64,000 nt of DNA from positions 32,001 through 96,000 of the forward strand of contig CAWFQB010000011.1 in NCBI GenBank assembly GCA_963817895.1, read 5' to 3'. The notes under the pieces were generated by a model. It saw only the letters and a program-made list of their open reading frames with translations. It was not told the DNA's origin and searched no databases. This DNA is from an uncultured Chthonomonadaceae bacterium. GTDB lineage: Bacteria; Armatimonadota; Chthonomonadetes; Chthonomonadales; Chthonomonadaceae. The position numbers were made by a program, and so were the translations under genes. Shown piece by piece: positions 55,097 to 64,000 of the stretch. Each line of letters opens with the position of its first letter. The stretch's first letter is position 1.

Positions 55097-55876
55097 ATGC
55101 TGTACGCAGAGCGCATCTGGACGCAGATACCGGAACAAACGCAGAAGGTTGTCGTGCTGACGCTCGGTTCGCTGGAGCAGCATGGACACCATTTGCCCAT
55201 GCTGACGGATACCATGATCGGGGCGGAAATCGCGCGGCGGGCGGAAGCGGAATTGGGCGAGGACGCGCTGTTTCTGCCGCCGTTGTGGGTGGGCGCGTCG
55301 GATCACCACAGGAAGTTTCCGGGTACGGTCAGCATCAGCAACGAGGTTTACATTCGTGTTCTGGCGGACATGCTGGATAGCCTCATCGGGGCCGGATTTC
55401 GGCGTATCTTCCTGCTGAACGCGCACGGCGGCAACATCACGCCGGGGCGCATGGCGATTTACGACGCGCAGTTGCGGAACCGGGACAAGCCGGAATTGTG
55501 GATTGCCTTCAGCAGTTGGTGGACAATTGCGGCTCGTCAGATTGCGGACATTCCCACACTGGAACAGAAAATCGTCACTCACGCCTGCGAGTTGGAATCC
55601 AGCATGATACTGCGCCTGCGCCCGGAACTGGTAAAAATGGAAGTGGCGCGGGGCGCGGCGATTCCGTTTGAATCGGCGTTTTATGTGCCGGATTTTCATG
55701 CCGAAAGCCGCGTGGATGTGCCGCGCGGCTTTGATCAACTGAGCGAAACAGGGGCGTTCGGGCATCCCGAAATATCCACGCCGGACAAGGGCGAAAGCCT
55801 GTTTGCGGCTGCCACGCAAGAGGTCGTTTCCTTTGTGCGCGAGTTTGCAGGCTGGCAGGCTTTCGCCCCGTATTAA
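55097..55876 (+). CDS. Creatininase/creatinine amidohydrolase family protein
   Basis: GSLEQHGHHLP..TD, NAHGGN and HACELE. Confidence 0.9.
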   Translation: MLYAERIWTQIPEQTQKVVVLTLGSLEQHGHHLPMLTDTMIGAEIARRAEAELGEDALFLPPLWVGASDHHRKFPGTVSISNEVYIRVLADMLDSLIGAGFRRIFLLNAHGGNITPGRMAIYDAQLRNRDKPELWIAFSSWWTIAARQIADIPTLEQKIVTHACELESSMILRLRPELVKMEVARGAAIPFESAFYVPDFHAESRVDVPRGFDQLSETGAFGHPEISTPDKGESLFAAATQEVVSFVREFAGWQAFAPY

Positions 55877-55883
55877 CAGCACT

Positions 55884-56552
55884 CTACTTGCGGGCGCGGC
55901 GCTTCAGGAACAGGCTTCCTGAGACGGCGATGCCGCCCATCAGGGCGAACGCGCCGGGTTCGGGAACATTCGTCACCAGTCCCTGAAATCTTTCGCCATT
56001 GGCATTGGAGGGACTGAGCCAGCGGACATTGGAAACCGGGTCTGTGCCGACATTGAGCAGGTAGGCGTTGTAAGCGGCAAGTTCGCCCGCCGTCGTGTTG
56101 CCGCCGGCAACCAGCGCGGTGTTCGGGCCGTAAATCGTGTGCCAGATAGCCCCCTGTAAACCGCCCTGCTGATCGTCGGTCAGGGCTGTGGCCGCGTAAT
56201 GGTCAATCAGATAGGCAACCTGTCCCGCATTGTTGACGGGCGCGCCGTAAATTGTGCCATCGGTCGTAACTCCCGTCGGCGTATAGGGGTTGGGTACGGT
56301 TACATTATGATCCAAATCAACGCAGTAGACGAAGGGGAGCGCCACATTGTCCAGCGTGGAAGGGGTGATGTTGCCGCCGCCCTCATCCTGCGTGGTAACG
56401 CCGCCATCGCGGGTTAAATTGATGTGTACAAAATGTCCGCCCAGAGTTAGCGTTTGTGCCTGCGTCACGGTAGGCAGGGCAAGGCCGCACAGCATCAGGC
56501 CGAAAGCGGAGCAGACAGGGGACAGGAGCGATTTGTAAGATAATTTTTTCAA
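55884..56552 (-). CDS. PEP-CTERM protein
   Basis: Signal peptide, YCVDL and QGAIW, C-terminal VPEPG + TM + KRRARK. Confidence 0.85.
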   Translation of the reverse strand: MKKLSYKSLLSPVCSAFGLMLCGLALPTVTQAQTLTLGGHFVHINLTRDGGVTTQDEGGGNITPSTLDNVALPFVYCVDLDHNVTVPNPYTPTGVTTDGTIYGAPVNNAGQVAYLIDHYAATALTDDQQGGLQGAIWHTIYGPNTALVAGGNTTAGELAAYNAYLLNVGTDPVSNVRWLSPSNANGERFQGLVTNVPEPGAFALMGGIAVSGSLFLKRRARK

Positions 56553-56771
56553 GGCTGGGTTCCTTCTGGTTTGTCAACCCACTAATCTATTCGTTGATTA
56601 TTGGATTGGTGAAAAGTGAATGCTTTCGGAAAACGCTCGAAGCGTCACAAACACGAAAGCAAAATTCGCGTACACTGTCTACTGTTGCAATCTTCGTGCC
56701 AACCGCGCCGTAAGATTTACGTGATTGCAAGGAAAACCGTATGTTTGCGACCTGTGAGGAATATGCGATCT

Positions 56772-57098
56772 ATGTCAGTAGAAGATGTGATTTACGACTG
56801 TGAGGATGCTGAAACGAAAGAGGAATTCCCGCCCGCGCTTGGACACTATCGCAATGCGCGCGTTACTATTCACTACAACAGTGGGGTCAGCGATACCGGC
56901 GTTCTGACGTATTTGGATCGCAGTTGGGCGGAATTGCTGAAAGACAACGGGGAGCGCCTGCTGATACCTTTGCAGGCGATACGTATACTGAAACTGGTGA
57001 AAGCGGCGGAAACATCGGGTGACGCGAACATGCTGCTGCGCGCCGCGGAAGCGCGTCCGTTACCGGATACAACAACAAAACAGATTGGACCCAAGTGA
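56772..57098 (+). CDS. Hypothetical protein (possible Sm-like small beta-barrel)
   Basis: Short beta-rich ORF overlapping the next gene (GTGA). Confidence 0.5.
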   Translation: MSVEDVIYDCEDAETKEEFPPALGHYRNARVTIHYNSGVSDTGVLTYLDRSWAELLKDNGERLLIPLQAIRILKLVKAAETSGDANMLLRAAEARPLPDTTTKQIGPK

Positions 57099-57745
57099 AC
57101 CGACCAGGAAACCAGAATACAAGCGGCAGCCGCGCCGGTAAAAAGCGCAACATCGGCCACAAGCGCGACGAAAAAGGCCGTACCGTTTACAAACGGCCCC
57201 GCCCTTCGGCCCGGGCGGCGACACGCCAGAAAAACGCCGATAAGGGCGGCTTCAACATTATTGAGCGCCCACTGCCGGGAACATCCGCCAATACGGGCGT
57301 GTTTCGCGTTTTGATTGCCGTGCATCGGCCCCGGTTTCGCGGGCGTTCCGAACGGGCGGCGGCATTGGAGGGTTGGGAAGTGACCGCGCTGCTCAACAAG
57401 CAGGACCCAGTTGGAATATGTTCCAAAGCGCCGCGCCCGCCCGACCTGCTGATTCTCTCCGAGGATTTTGGACGGCAGAAAGACCTTGCGATTTTCCGGG
57501 CCGTGCAAAAGTATCGCGAACAGGGATTGGTGATTGTGGGATTGGTGGACGATTGCGAAACCGCGCCGGAAGGCTTTCCCGAATCCGTCCCGACAGAACT
57601 GTGTGACGTTTGTCTTACGCCTCCCTACAAAACCGCCGATATTCGCGCTCTTTTGGAGGAGTTGTACGAGGAGTTGCGCGGCGAACCCGCTCCCCCGCCG
57701 CTTGCAAAAGGCGCAGTGGAAGCGGAAGAGGATGAGGACATTTAG
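57095..57745 (+). CDS. Hypothetical protein, degenerate receiver-like domain with basic N-terminus
   Basis: RVLIA...PDLLIL...P pattern; no clear phosphoacceptor Asp. Confidence 0.5.
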   Translation: MNRPGNQNTSGSRAGKKRNIGHKRDEKGRTVYKRPRPSARAATRQKNADKGGFNIIERPLPGTSANTGVFRVLIAVHRPRFRGRSERAAALEGWEVTALLNKQDPVGICSKAPRPPDLLILSEDFGRQKDLAIFRAVQKYREQGLVIVGLVDDCETAPEGFPESVPTELCDVCLTPPYKTADIRALLEELYEELRGEPAPPPLAKGAVEAEEDEDI

Positions 57746-57886
57746 TTTTTCGCTACTCTGAAACTAGCCCTCAACCGGGCGTCCACCCGCAGGGAAGAAC
57801 ACGGCTCCTTCTCCCAAAAATCCTGGGAGAAGGGAAGGCGCTTATTCTTATGCCCGATGGCGAATGAAGTTTGTAGGGCTATCCTC

Positions 57887-57915
57887 TTGTTAAGGGCGCA
57901 AGACTGTGTTATACT
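57887..57915 (+). promoter_or_regulatory. Sigma70-type promoter of the amber-tRNA locus
   Basis: TTGTTA-N17-TATACT with extended -10 TG. Confidence 0.65.
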
Positions 57916-57982
57916 GTGATTATAGAACAGTGGCTCTCGCGTAGCGCCGCGTGTTCATCAATCTGAAGAGAGTAAACTTAAC

Positions 57983-58063
57983 ATGTATTAGGGCATCATT
58001 CGCATAATCAGGATCAGGCAAGCGGCGGCTTTTTGTCATTGGGCAAAAAGGCGGCGCTTTTTT
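57983..58063 (+). promoter_or_regulatory. Leader minigene ATG-TAT-TAG followed by an attenuator-like hairpin and T-run
   Basis: Minigene 57983-57991; imperfect 17-bp hairpin 58021-58058 followed by a T-run. Confidence 0.55.
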
Positions 58064-58112
58064 GCGTTTTTTAGCCCCAACATTCTATATATCAACGGAA
58101 AAAGAGAAGACA

Positions 58113-58451
58113 ATGAGCAAACAGAAATCATCGGGTGAGCCGGTGGTCACCGGCAAAGCGGCCTATATCGCGCGGCTGCGGGCGGGCGAAACCGTCAGTT
58201 TCCGCGAGGGCGGCAACAGCATGACGCCCCGCATTAAATCGCGGCAGAAGTGTACATACAAGCCTGTGATGGCGGCTGAAGACGTGAAGGTAGGCGACGC
58301 CGTATTCTGCAAAGTGGGCGGCAACTACTTCACGCACCTGATTACCGCCCTGCGCGGCGACCAGTACCAGATCAGCAACAATCACGGCCACGTCAACGGC
58401 TGGATTACGCTCAACAGCATCTACGGCAAAGTAGTTGCGATTGAGGATTAG
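58113..58451 (+). CDS. S24/S26 peptidase-like protein
   Basis: GNSMTP Ser motif, VGD, and His in the general-base position (YFTHLI); ends in TAG. Confidence 0.65.
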   Translation: MSKQKSSGEPVVTGKAAYIARLRAGETVSFREGGNSMTPRIKSRQKCTYKPVMAAEDVKVGDAVFCKVGGNYFTHLITALRGDQYQISNNHGHVNGWITLNSIYGKVVAIED

Positions 58452-58527
58452 GAGGGTGTTCGGTGTTCGGTATTGGGAAGGGGTGGAACAAAGTAAAATC
58501 GTGTGCTATCAGTAAGTTTGAGATTAC

Positions 58528-58599
58528 GCCCGTGTCGCCATCTGGTGAAGGCAGCCGCCTCTAAAGCGGCCAAGATGGGTTCGATCCCCATCACGGGCA
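58528..58599 (+). tRNA. tRNA with CUA anticodon (amber suppressor-type); amino-acid identity uncertain
   Basis: Acceptor GCCCGTG/CACGGGC, D-stem GCC/GGC with GG in the loop, anticodon stem GCCGC/GCGGC, loop CT-CTA-AA, 4-nt variable loop, T-arm ATGGG-TTCGATC-CCCAT, discriminator A, no encoded CCA. Confidence 0.88.
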
Positions 58600-58642
58600 T
58601 AGTGACGTATCCGAACACCGAACACCGAACACCAAACATCGA

Positions 58643-58665
58643 AAGGAGTTGTCGCCATGTTGTAG
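58643..58665 (+). promoter_or_regulatory. Second minigene with SD: AAGGAG-N8-ATG-TTG-TAG
   Basis: Strong SD at optimal spacing before a 2-codon ORF ending in amber (58657-58665). Confidence 0.55.
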
Positions 58666-58762
58666 CCGCGCTCGCCGCCGTTTGCCTGAAAAGACAGAGA
58701 ACGATGCAAGAAATCTTTGCAGAAAACCTTCTACTTTTTACTTTTCAGGAGAACGAACACAA

Positions 58763-59155
58763 ATGAAGACATTGAACAGAACCATGACCGCGCGGTTTTT
58801 CCGCAGCGCGGAAGATTATGACCGTTTGATTGCGCTCTGGAGCGGCGGGATGCGGGACAGGGCAACGCGCCGCCAACTGACTGCCGCGCACCATCTGCTG
58901 TACCTGATTCTGCGTGGCCGCAACTGGCACTCGGCCTTTACACCGGTCACAAACGCCTGTAAACTGGAAAATGGGGGAGTATACAATTGGGGCGCGCGTC
59001 GCGCCGTCCATGCGCTCCATTATGGCAATGCAGAGGATTTGCTGGCTCCGTTTCGGGATATGCTTGCTCCTTCTGCGTTGGTTCTGGCGCGCGAACTGGT
59101 TCCGGCAGACAGTTGGAACGAGGCATTGCAAGGAGGCGAACCCTACCATGCCTGA
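58763..59155 (+). CDS. Hypothetical protein with HHLLYLILRG motif
   Basis: SD CAGGAG; overlaps the start of the Pth2-like gene. Confidence 0.65.
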   Translation: MKTLNRTMTARFFRSAEDYDRLIALWSGGMRDRATRRQLTAAHHLLYLILRGRNWHSAFTPVTNACKLENGGVYNWGARRAVHALHYGNAEDLLAPFRDMLAPSALVLARELVPADSWNEALQGGEPYHA

Positions 59156-59507
59156 ACTGCCGAACGCGCAGCCGAGCGGGCATGTGTATGTGTTCGTCCG
59201 CAGGGATTTGCCGATTGCCGACCAGATGGTACAGGCGGCGCATGTTTGTCTGGAAGCGGGCCAAAGGTTCTGCGTCCCCTGCCATTGCCCGCTTGTGTTG
59301 CTTCAGGTGGCGGATGAACCGGCCTTGCATCGCGCCTTGCAGCATTGCCGCCGATACGACATTGCGACGCACACGTTTACAGAACCGGACGCGACGGAGG
59401 AGTTTCCGCAAACGCCGATGGGCTTGACCGCCGCCTGTACGCCGCCCTTAAATACGGCGCAGCGCAGGCGTATGCGTCCTTTCACGTTATGGCAGCCTCC
59501 GTCGTAA
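59148..59507 (+). CDS. Peptidyl-tRNA hydrolase 2-like (PTH2 family) protein
   Basis: YVFVRRDL, QAAH, LVLLQV, EPD and TA motifs of the Pth2-like fold. Confidence 0.75.
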   Translation: MPELPNAQPSGHVYVFVRRDLPIADQMVQAAHVCLEAGQRFCVPCHCPLVLLQVADEPALHRALQHCRRYDIATHTFTEPDATEEFPQTPMGLTAACTPPLNTAQRRRMRPFTLWQPPS

Positions 59508-59556
59508 TTGCCATTCGCGTGTATTCGCGTGTATTCGCGGCTAAGTTCATTCCCCT

Positions 59557-59586
59557 AAACCCCTGTTGAAATTTCAACAGGGGTTT
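59557..59586. terminator. Perfect palindrome, probable terminator of the locus
   Basis: aaacccctgttgaaatttcaacaggggttt. Confidence 0.65.
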
Positions 59587-59689
59587 GGCTTGTCAATGGC
59601 GAAATAACCCCACAGGATGAAAACAGACTGCCTCTTTTCCTAAAAGCTGGAGAAGGGGTGGGGTTGAGGGCTATTCAAAGGAGAAAACA

Positions 59690-60715
59690 GTGGCAAAGAA
59701 ATATCGGGTGGGCGTGGCCTGCATGTCGCATGACCATGTGTGGGGCGAACTGGCGAACTGGCAGCGATTGGACAACGTGGAACTGGTGGCGGGCGGGGAC
59801 GACGAGCCGCATCTGCTGGAACAACTAAAGCAAAATCACGGCGTCACGCGGCTGTACAACAGTTTTCAGGAGATGCTCGACAACGAAGAACTCGACATCG
59901 TGCAGGCGGCGGGCGGCAACAACGAGGGCGCGGCCATTGTGGAAGCGTGCGCGGCAAAGGGGCTGCACGTCATCAGCGAAAAGCCGATGGCGGCGACTTT
60001 GGAACAGGCAGACCGAATGTTGAACGCGGCCCAAAAAGCCGGAACTCTGCTGCTCATCAACTGGCCCAACGCCTGGCATGCCGGATGGCAGGAACTCGCA
60101 CGCCGCGCTCTTGCGGGTGACATCGGCGCGATACGCTACACGCGCTACCGCAGCGCGCACAACGGCCCGGTCGCCATCGGCTGCGCCCCAAGTTTTGTGC
60201 GCGATCTGACCACGCCCGAAATCAACGGCGCGGGCGCGTTAATGGATTATTGCTGCTACGGGGCGGATTTAGCCGCCCTTCTGCTCGGCTCGCCGCAATC
60301 CGTAACGGGGATGCGGGGCGTATTCGGCGATGAACCCGCGTATGCCGCTTCCGATGACAATGCGCTGATTATGGCGAAGTACGCCCATGCGTTCGGGGTG
60401 TGTGAGGCAAGCTGGACGCAGACCGTCGGTTACGCGGGAACCAACCCGGTCGTGTACGGCAGTGAGGGTTCGCTCGGCCTCCATCACGGCAAAGCGCTGA
60501 TACAACGCCCCGGCAGGAATGAGGAGATCGTAACGCCGCCCGAAACGCAGTACCCGCACCGCAGCGCGCCCGAATACCTGCTGTACTGTCTGGAAAACAA
60601 TCTGCCCGTCGAGGGCTTCTGTTCGCCGATTGTCAGCCGCATGGCGCAGGAGATACTGGAAGCGGGCTTGCGGGCGGCAAACACCGGACAAACGCAGACC
60701 TTGCCGCTCACATAA
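59690..60715 (+). CDS. Gfo/Idh/MocA family oxidoreductase
   Basis: SD AAGGAG, HVISEKP and GAGALMDY. Confidence 0.88.
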   Translation: MAKKYRVGVACMSHDHVWGELANWQRLDNVELVAGGDDEPHLLEQLKQNHGVTRLYNSFQEMLDNEELDIVQAAGGNNEGAAIVEACAAKGLHVISEKPMAATLEQADRMLNAAQKAGTLLLINWPNAWHAGWQELARRALAGDIGAIRYTRYRSAHNGPVAIGCAPSFVRDLTTPEINGAGALMDYCCYGADLAALLLGSPQSVTGMRGVFGDEPAYAASDDNALIMAKYAHAFGVCEASWTQTVGYAGTNPVVYGSEGSLGLHHGKALIQRPGRNEEIVTPPETQYPHRSAPEYLLYCLENNLPVEGFCSPIVSRMAQEILEAGLRAANTGQTQTLPLT

Positions 60716-60856
60716 TCAGAGGAAATTTAGCCGCGAATGAACGCGAATACACGCGAATGAGAATACGAAGCGTTCAAAGAGATCGAATTTGTGGCGTATC
60801 ATCATTCGCGTTCATTCGCGTTCATTCGCGGCTATTTACAATATTTCGAGGCTGAT

Positions 60857-62582
60857 GTGAAGATACCGACAACGATGATGCGCTGGAATTTGTATGGCGC
60901 GGGGTTTGATGCGCTGGGGCGGGAGGGCAGGCCGGAAGAGGTTCCGGTTCCTGAGTTTGGCGCGAATGAACTGCTGGCGCGCCCGGACGCCTGCGGATTG
61001 TGCTTTTCAGATACCAAAGTGATCGCGCTGGGCGGCAATCATCCCCGGCTTGTCGGGCGCGATATGAGCGTAAATCCGGTCACGTTGGGGCATGAAGTGG
61101 TGGTTACAATCGTGGGCGTGGGCGCGAATTTGCAGGACAAGTACCGGACTGGCGAACGGTATGTGATTCAGCCCGATGTGTTTTACGGCGGGAAGGGCAT
61201 TACGTATGGCTACGCGATTGCGGGCGGGCTGTCGGAATACAGCGTGATCCCCGAAGCCATTTTGAACGGGGATGAGGGCTGTTATCTGTTGCCGGTTCGC
61301 GCCAATACCGGGTTAGTGGAGGCCGCGCTGACGGAACCCTGGGCGTGTGTGGTTGCCGCGTACAATCAGTCACACCGCCACAGCATCAAGGATGACGGCA
61401 TTCTGCTGGTTGTTCTGGAAACGGCGCAGGATGGCCGCGTGGTTCACGATTTCATTCACAATCGCGCGGCTCCTGCCCGTGTGGTTGTGGTCTGCGCCGA
61501 GCCGCTGCATGGCGAGGTCTGGCAGGCGAATATCACCACGCAGGCAGGCGCTCCCGCCGATTATGCCGCGTTGAAACAGCGGCACACGGGCGGCAGGGGG
61601 TTTGATGACATACTGGTTGTAGGAAACACCACGCCCGAAACCATTGAGCAAGCCGCTGCTGTTCTGGCGGATCACGGCATCCTGAACATCGCGCGCGAAA
61701 CGCCTGTTCCGCGCAACTTGGCTCTGGACATCGGGCGCATCCACTACAACTGGCATCACTATATCGGCATAAATTTGTGGCATCCCCGCAGTGTGGGGCG
61801 CATGGATAGACTAACCGATACGTACCACGAACCGCGAACGGCGAAACTGCTGCCGGACGGCGTCTGCTGGTTTGTGGGCGCGGGCGGGCCGATGGGACAG
61901 ATGCACGTTCAGCGGGCGTTGCAGCATCCCACTCCACCCAAACGGATTGTGGCAACGGATGTGGACGCTGCGCGATTGCAAAGCGTGGTGGATCGGTTCG
62001 GCGGATTGGCGGCGGAACGGGGACTGGAATTGTTCGCGCTCAATCCGAATACGATGGATGCGGAGGCTTTTGATTCCGAGTTGCGCCGATTGTCGGAAAT
62101 GGGCGAACGGCAGGGCTATGATGATATTGTATCTATGGTTCCGTTTGCCGCGCCCACTGCCCACGCCGCGCAATTCCTGGCGGACGGCGGCTGGCTGAAC
62201 ATTTTCGCGGGCGTGGCGCGGGGTACGCTTGCCGAGATTGATATAAACCGGATTATTCGTGACGGCTGCCGGATTGTGGGCAGCACGGGTTCCTCGCTGG
62301 CCGACATGCGCGAAACCCTGAACCGCATGGAACAGGGCGAACTGGCGACAAGTGATTCACTGGCGGCGATTGGCGGTATGGAAGCGGCAAAGGAGGGGTT
62401 GCAGGCCGTAAAGGAAGGCCGCTTTGCCGGGAAAACCCTGATTTTCCCGCAAATCCGCAACCTGCCCCTGACACCCCTTCCCGATCTCAAAAACACGCTT
62501 CCAACCGTTCACGCCAAACTGAGAGACGGGCAATTCTGGACAAACGAAGCCGAAATCGGAACTGATGCGCTTAAAATCCTGA
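60857..62582 (+). CDS. Zn-dependent medium-chain dehydrogenase-like protein (sorbose-1-phosphate reductase type)
   Basis: CGLCFSD, LGHE, LTEPWAC and GAGGPMG; likely true stop at 62580-62582 after correcting a +1 A. Confidence 0.75.
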
Positions 62583-62596
62583 ACACTCTTAAAAGC

Positions 62597-63469
62597 ATGA
62601 CAGACACCACCACAACCGATCTGGAAAACCTGCTGAACGCGCTGGACAGCAAGGACGAGCAAACGCGAGCCGATGCCATGCGGCAGGTGCGGGCGTTGCC
62701 GCCGGATGCGTTGCTTATCTTATCTCAGTTGGAAGTGAAGCACTTTAAGCATTATCATCGTTCACTGCGCGACAGGACTGTGATGATGCAATGTGGGTCT
62801 ACAGGTCTAATTGCGTGTGTTTGTTATTTGACGAGTGGAAAACAGTATCTGTTTATGTTGGTGATGAATCTGATTGCATGGGCCTTTATTTTTCCGCGCG
62901 TAATAATACATACGAGTGGAGGCTTTCAGCCGTCACGAGCAAGGCGCAGTTTGGCTGCCGTGTTGGAAGCGGCAGAGGATGTATCTTTCATACCTGTCGC
63001 CCTCACGCTGTTGCAGGACAGAACAGCGGACATTTTGCCTGCCATTACCGACTTGCTGAAACGGCTGTTGCCGCGAATACATGCAGGCGATGCGCAGGAA
63101 TGGACGCCGCAACAGTATCAGATGTTGCTAAAGTTACTGCCGACAAGGCCACAGAAGGATATTGAATTGGCATTGTGCGTGTTGAAAGCGCTGGAACAGA
63201 TTGGGGACGCGAGGGCTATTCCCGCTGTTACCGCGCTGGCAAATGCGCCCACTGATGTAGGGGTCATACGCCTACGGGCAGCCGCGCAGGAGTGTTTGCT
63301 CTACTTGCAGCAACGAGAAGCGGAACAGGCGCAGGCGCAAATGCTGCTGCGGCCCGCGCATCCCCATGCCTCCGGCGAAACCCTGCTGCGTCCCACTGTC
63401 CAGGTCACATCGGCAACGCCCGAAGAGCAACTGTTGCGCCCTCAACAAACGTCCGCGACAGATAGTTAA
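62597..63469 (+). CDS. HEAT-repeat-containing membrane protein
   Basis: ALEQIGDARAIP HEAT motif, two TM segments, repeated LLRP tail. Confidence 0.65.
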   Translation: MTDTTTTDLENLLNALDSKDEQTRADAMRQVRALPPDALLILSQLEVKHFKHYHRSLRDRTVMMQCGSTGLIACVCYLTSGKQYLFMLVMNLIAWAFIFPRVIIHTSGGFQPSRARRSLAAVLEAAEDVSFIPVALTLLQDRTADILPAITDLLKRLLPRIHAGDAQEWTPQQYQMLLKLLPTRPQKDIELALCVLKALEQIGDARAIPAVTALANAPTDVGVIRLRAAAQECLLYLQQREAEQAQAQMLLRPAHPHASGETLLRPTVQVTSATPEEQLLRPQQTSATDS

Positions 63470-63565
63470 TCCGGTTGATTTTAGCCTTCTGCGGGGAACT
63501 TTGCCAACGCCTGCCAGTAAAAAGGGTGTTTGACACAAACATTGTACGGAAAGGCAGGAATCAGC

Positions 63566-64000
63566 ATGGGACTTCTGGAAGGTAAAGTAGCCTTTATTAC
63601 GGGCGGGGCGAGCGGGATTGGCAAGGGGACTGCGTTGCGGTTCGCGCAAGAGGGCGCGGCCATCGGCATCGCGGACATGCTGCCCGAAGAGGGCGAAAAG
63701 GCGCAGGCGGAAATCGAGGCGAGCGGCGGGAAAGCCCTGTTTATTCAGTGCGACGTGTCCCAACCCGAAGCGGTGCAAGAACGCGATTGAAGCGACCGTA
63801 AAGCAGTTCGGGAAACTGGACATTGTGTTCGCGAACGCGGGCATCAACGGCGTGTGGACGCCCATTGACGAACTGGAACCTGAAGACTGGGACAAGACCA
63901 TTGACATCAATCTCAAAGGCACGTATCTCACCTTTGCACTTTGCCGTTCCACATCTGAAGCAGGCGGGCGGCGGCAGTATCCTGATTACCAGCAGCGTGA
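63566..64000 (+). CDS. SDR family oxidoreductase (partial, frameshifted)
   Basis: TGGASGIG, CDVS and ANAG motifs; runs off the window end. Confidence 0.88.

Noticed and set aside
58528..58599. tRNA-Pyl / pyrrolysine system
   Set aside because: The loop CUCUAAA matches, but the body is canonical (D-loop GG, TTC, 5-bp anticodon stem, 4-nt variable loop) and no pylS or pylBCD is in the window.
60791..63469. 892-aa dehydrogenase-HEAT fusion
   Set aside because: Removing one A near 62556 gives ...EAESELMRLKS-TGA and a separate ATG at 62597; probably an artefact.

Overview
GC-rich bacterial chromosome segment. PEP-CTERM proteins, a DUF1549/DUF1553 protein and Tat-exported glycoside hydrolases suggest an Armatimonadota-like organism (inference only). 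Housekeeping and carbohydrate genes (dcd, uvrB, two transketolases, GH95, GH51, NurA, AhbAB-like, oxidoreductases) are interspersed with small accessory modules. Many conserved genes carry single-base frameshifts typical of long-read assembly error. Highlights: (1) a compact locus at about 57.9-59.6 kb with a canonical-cloverleaf tRNA carrying a CUA (amber) anticodon, two ATG-NNN-TAG minigenes, an attenuator-like hairpin, an S24/S26-like protein ending in TAG, a hypothetical protein and a Pth2-like peptidyl-tRNA hydrolase, which together form a candidate amber-sensing/suppression system in a host that uses TAG as a normal stop; (2) an intact IS110 whose bridge-RNA guide segments can be read directly and match a REP-like palindrome target, with an empty perfect target nearby; (3) a TerY-P-like triad preceded by a HEPN-like pair bracketed by a 234-bp duplication; (4) recurrent 5'-gene stubs and antitoxin-like genes with truncated toxins; (5) a family of microsatellite-armed palindromic elements, two of them inserted in frame into proteins.
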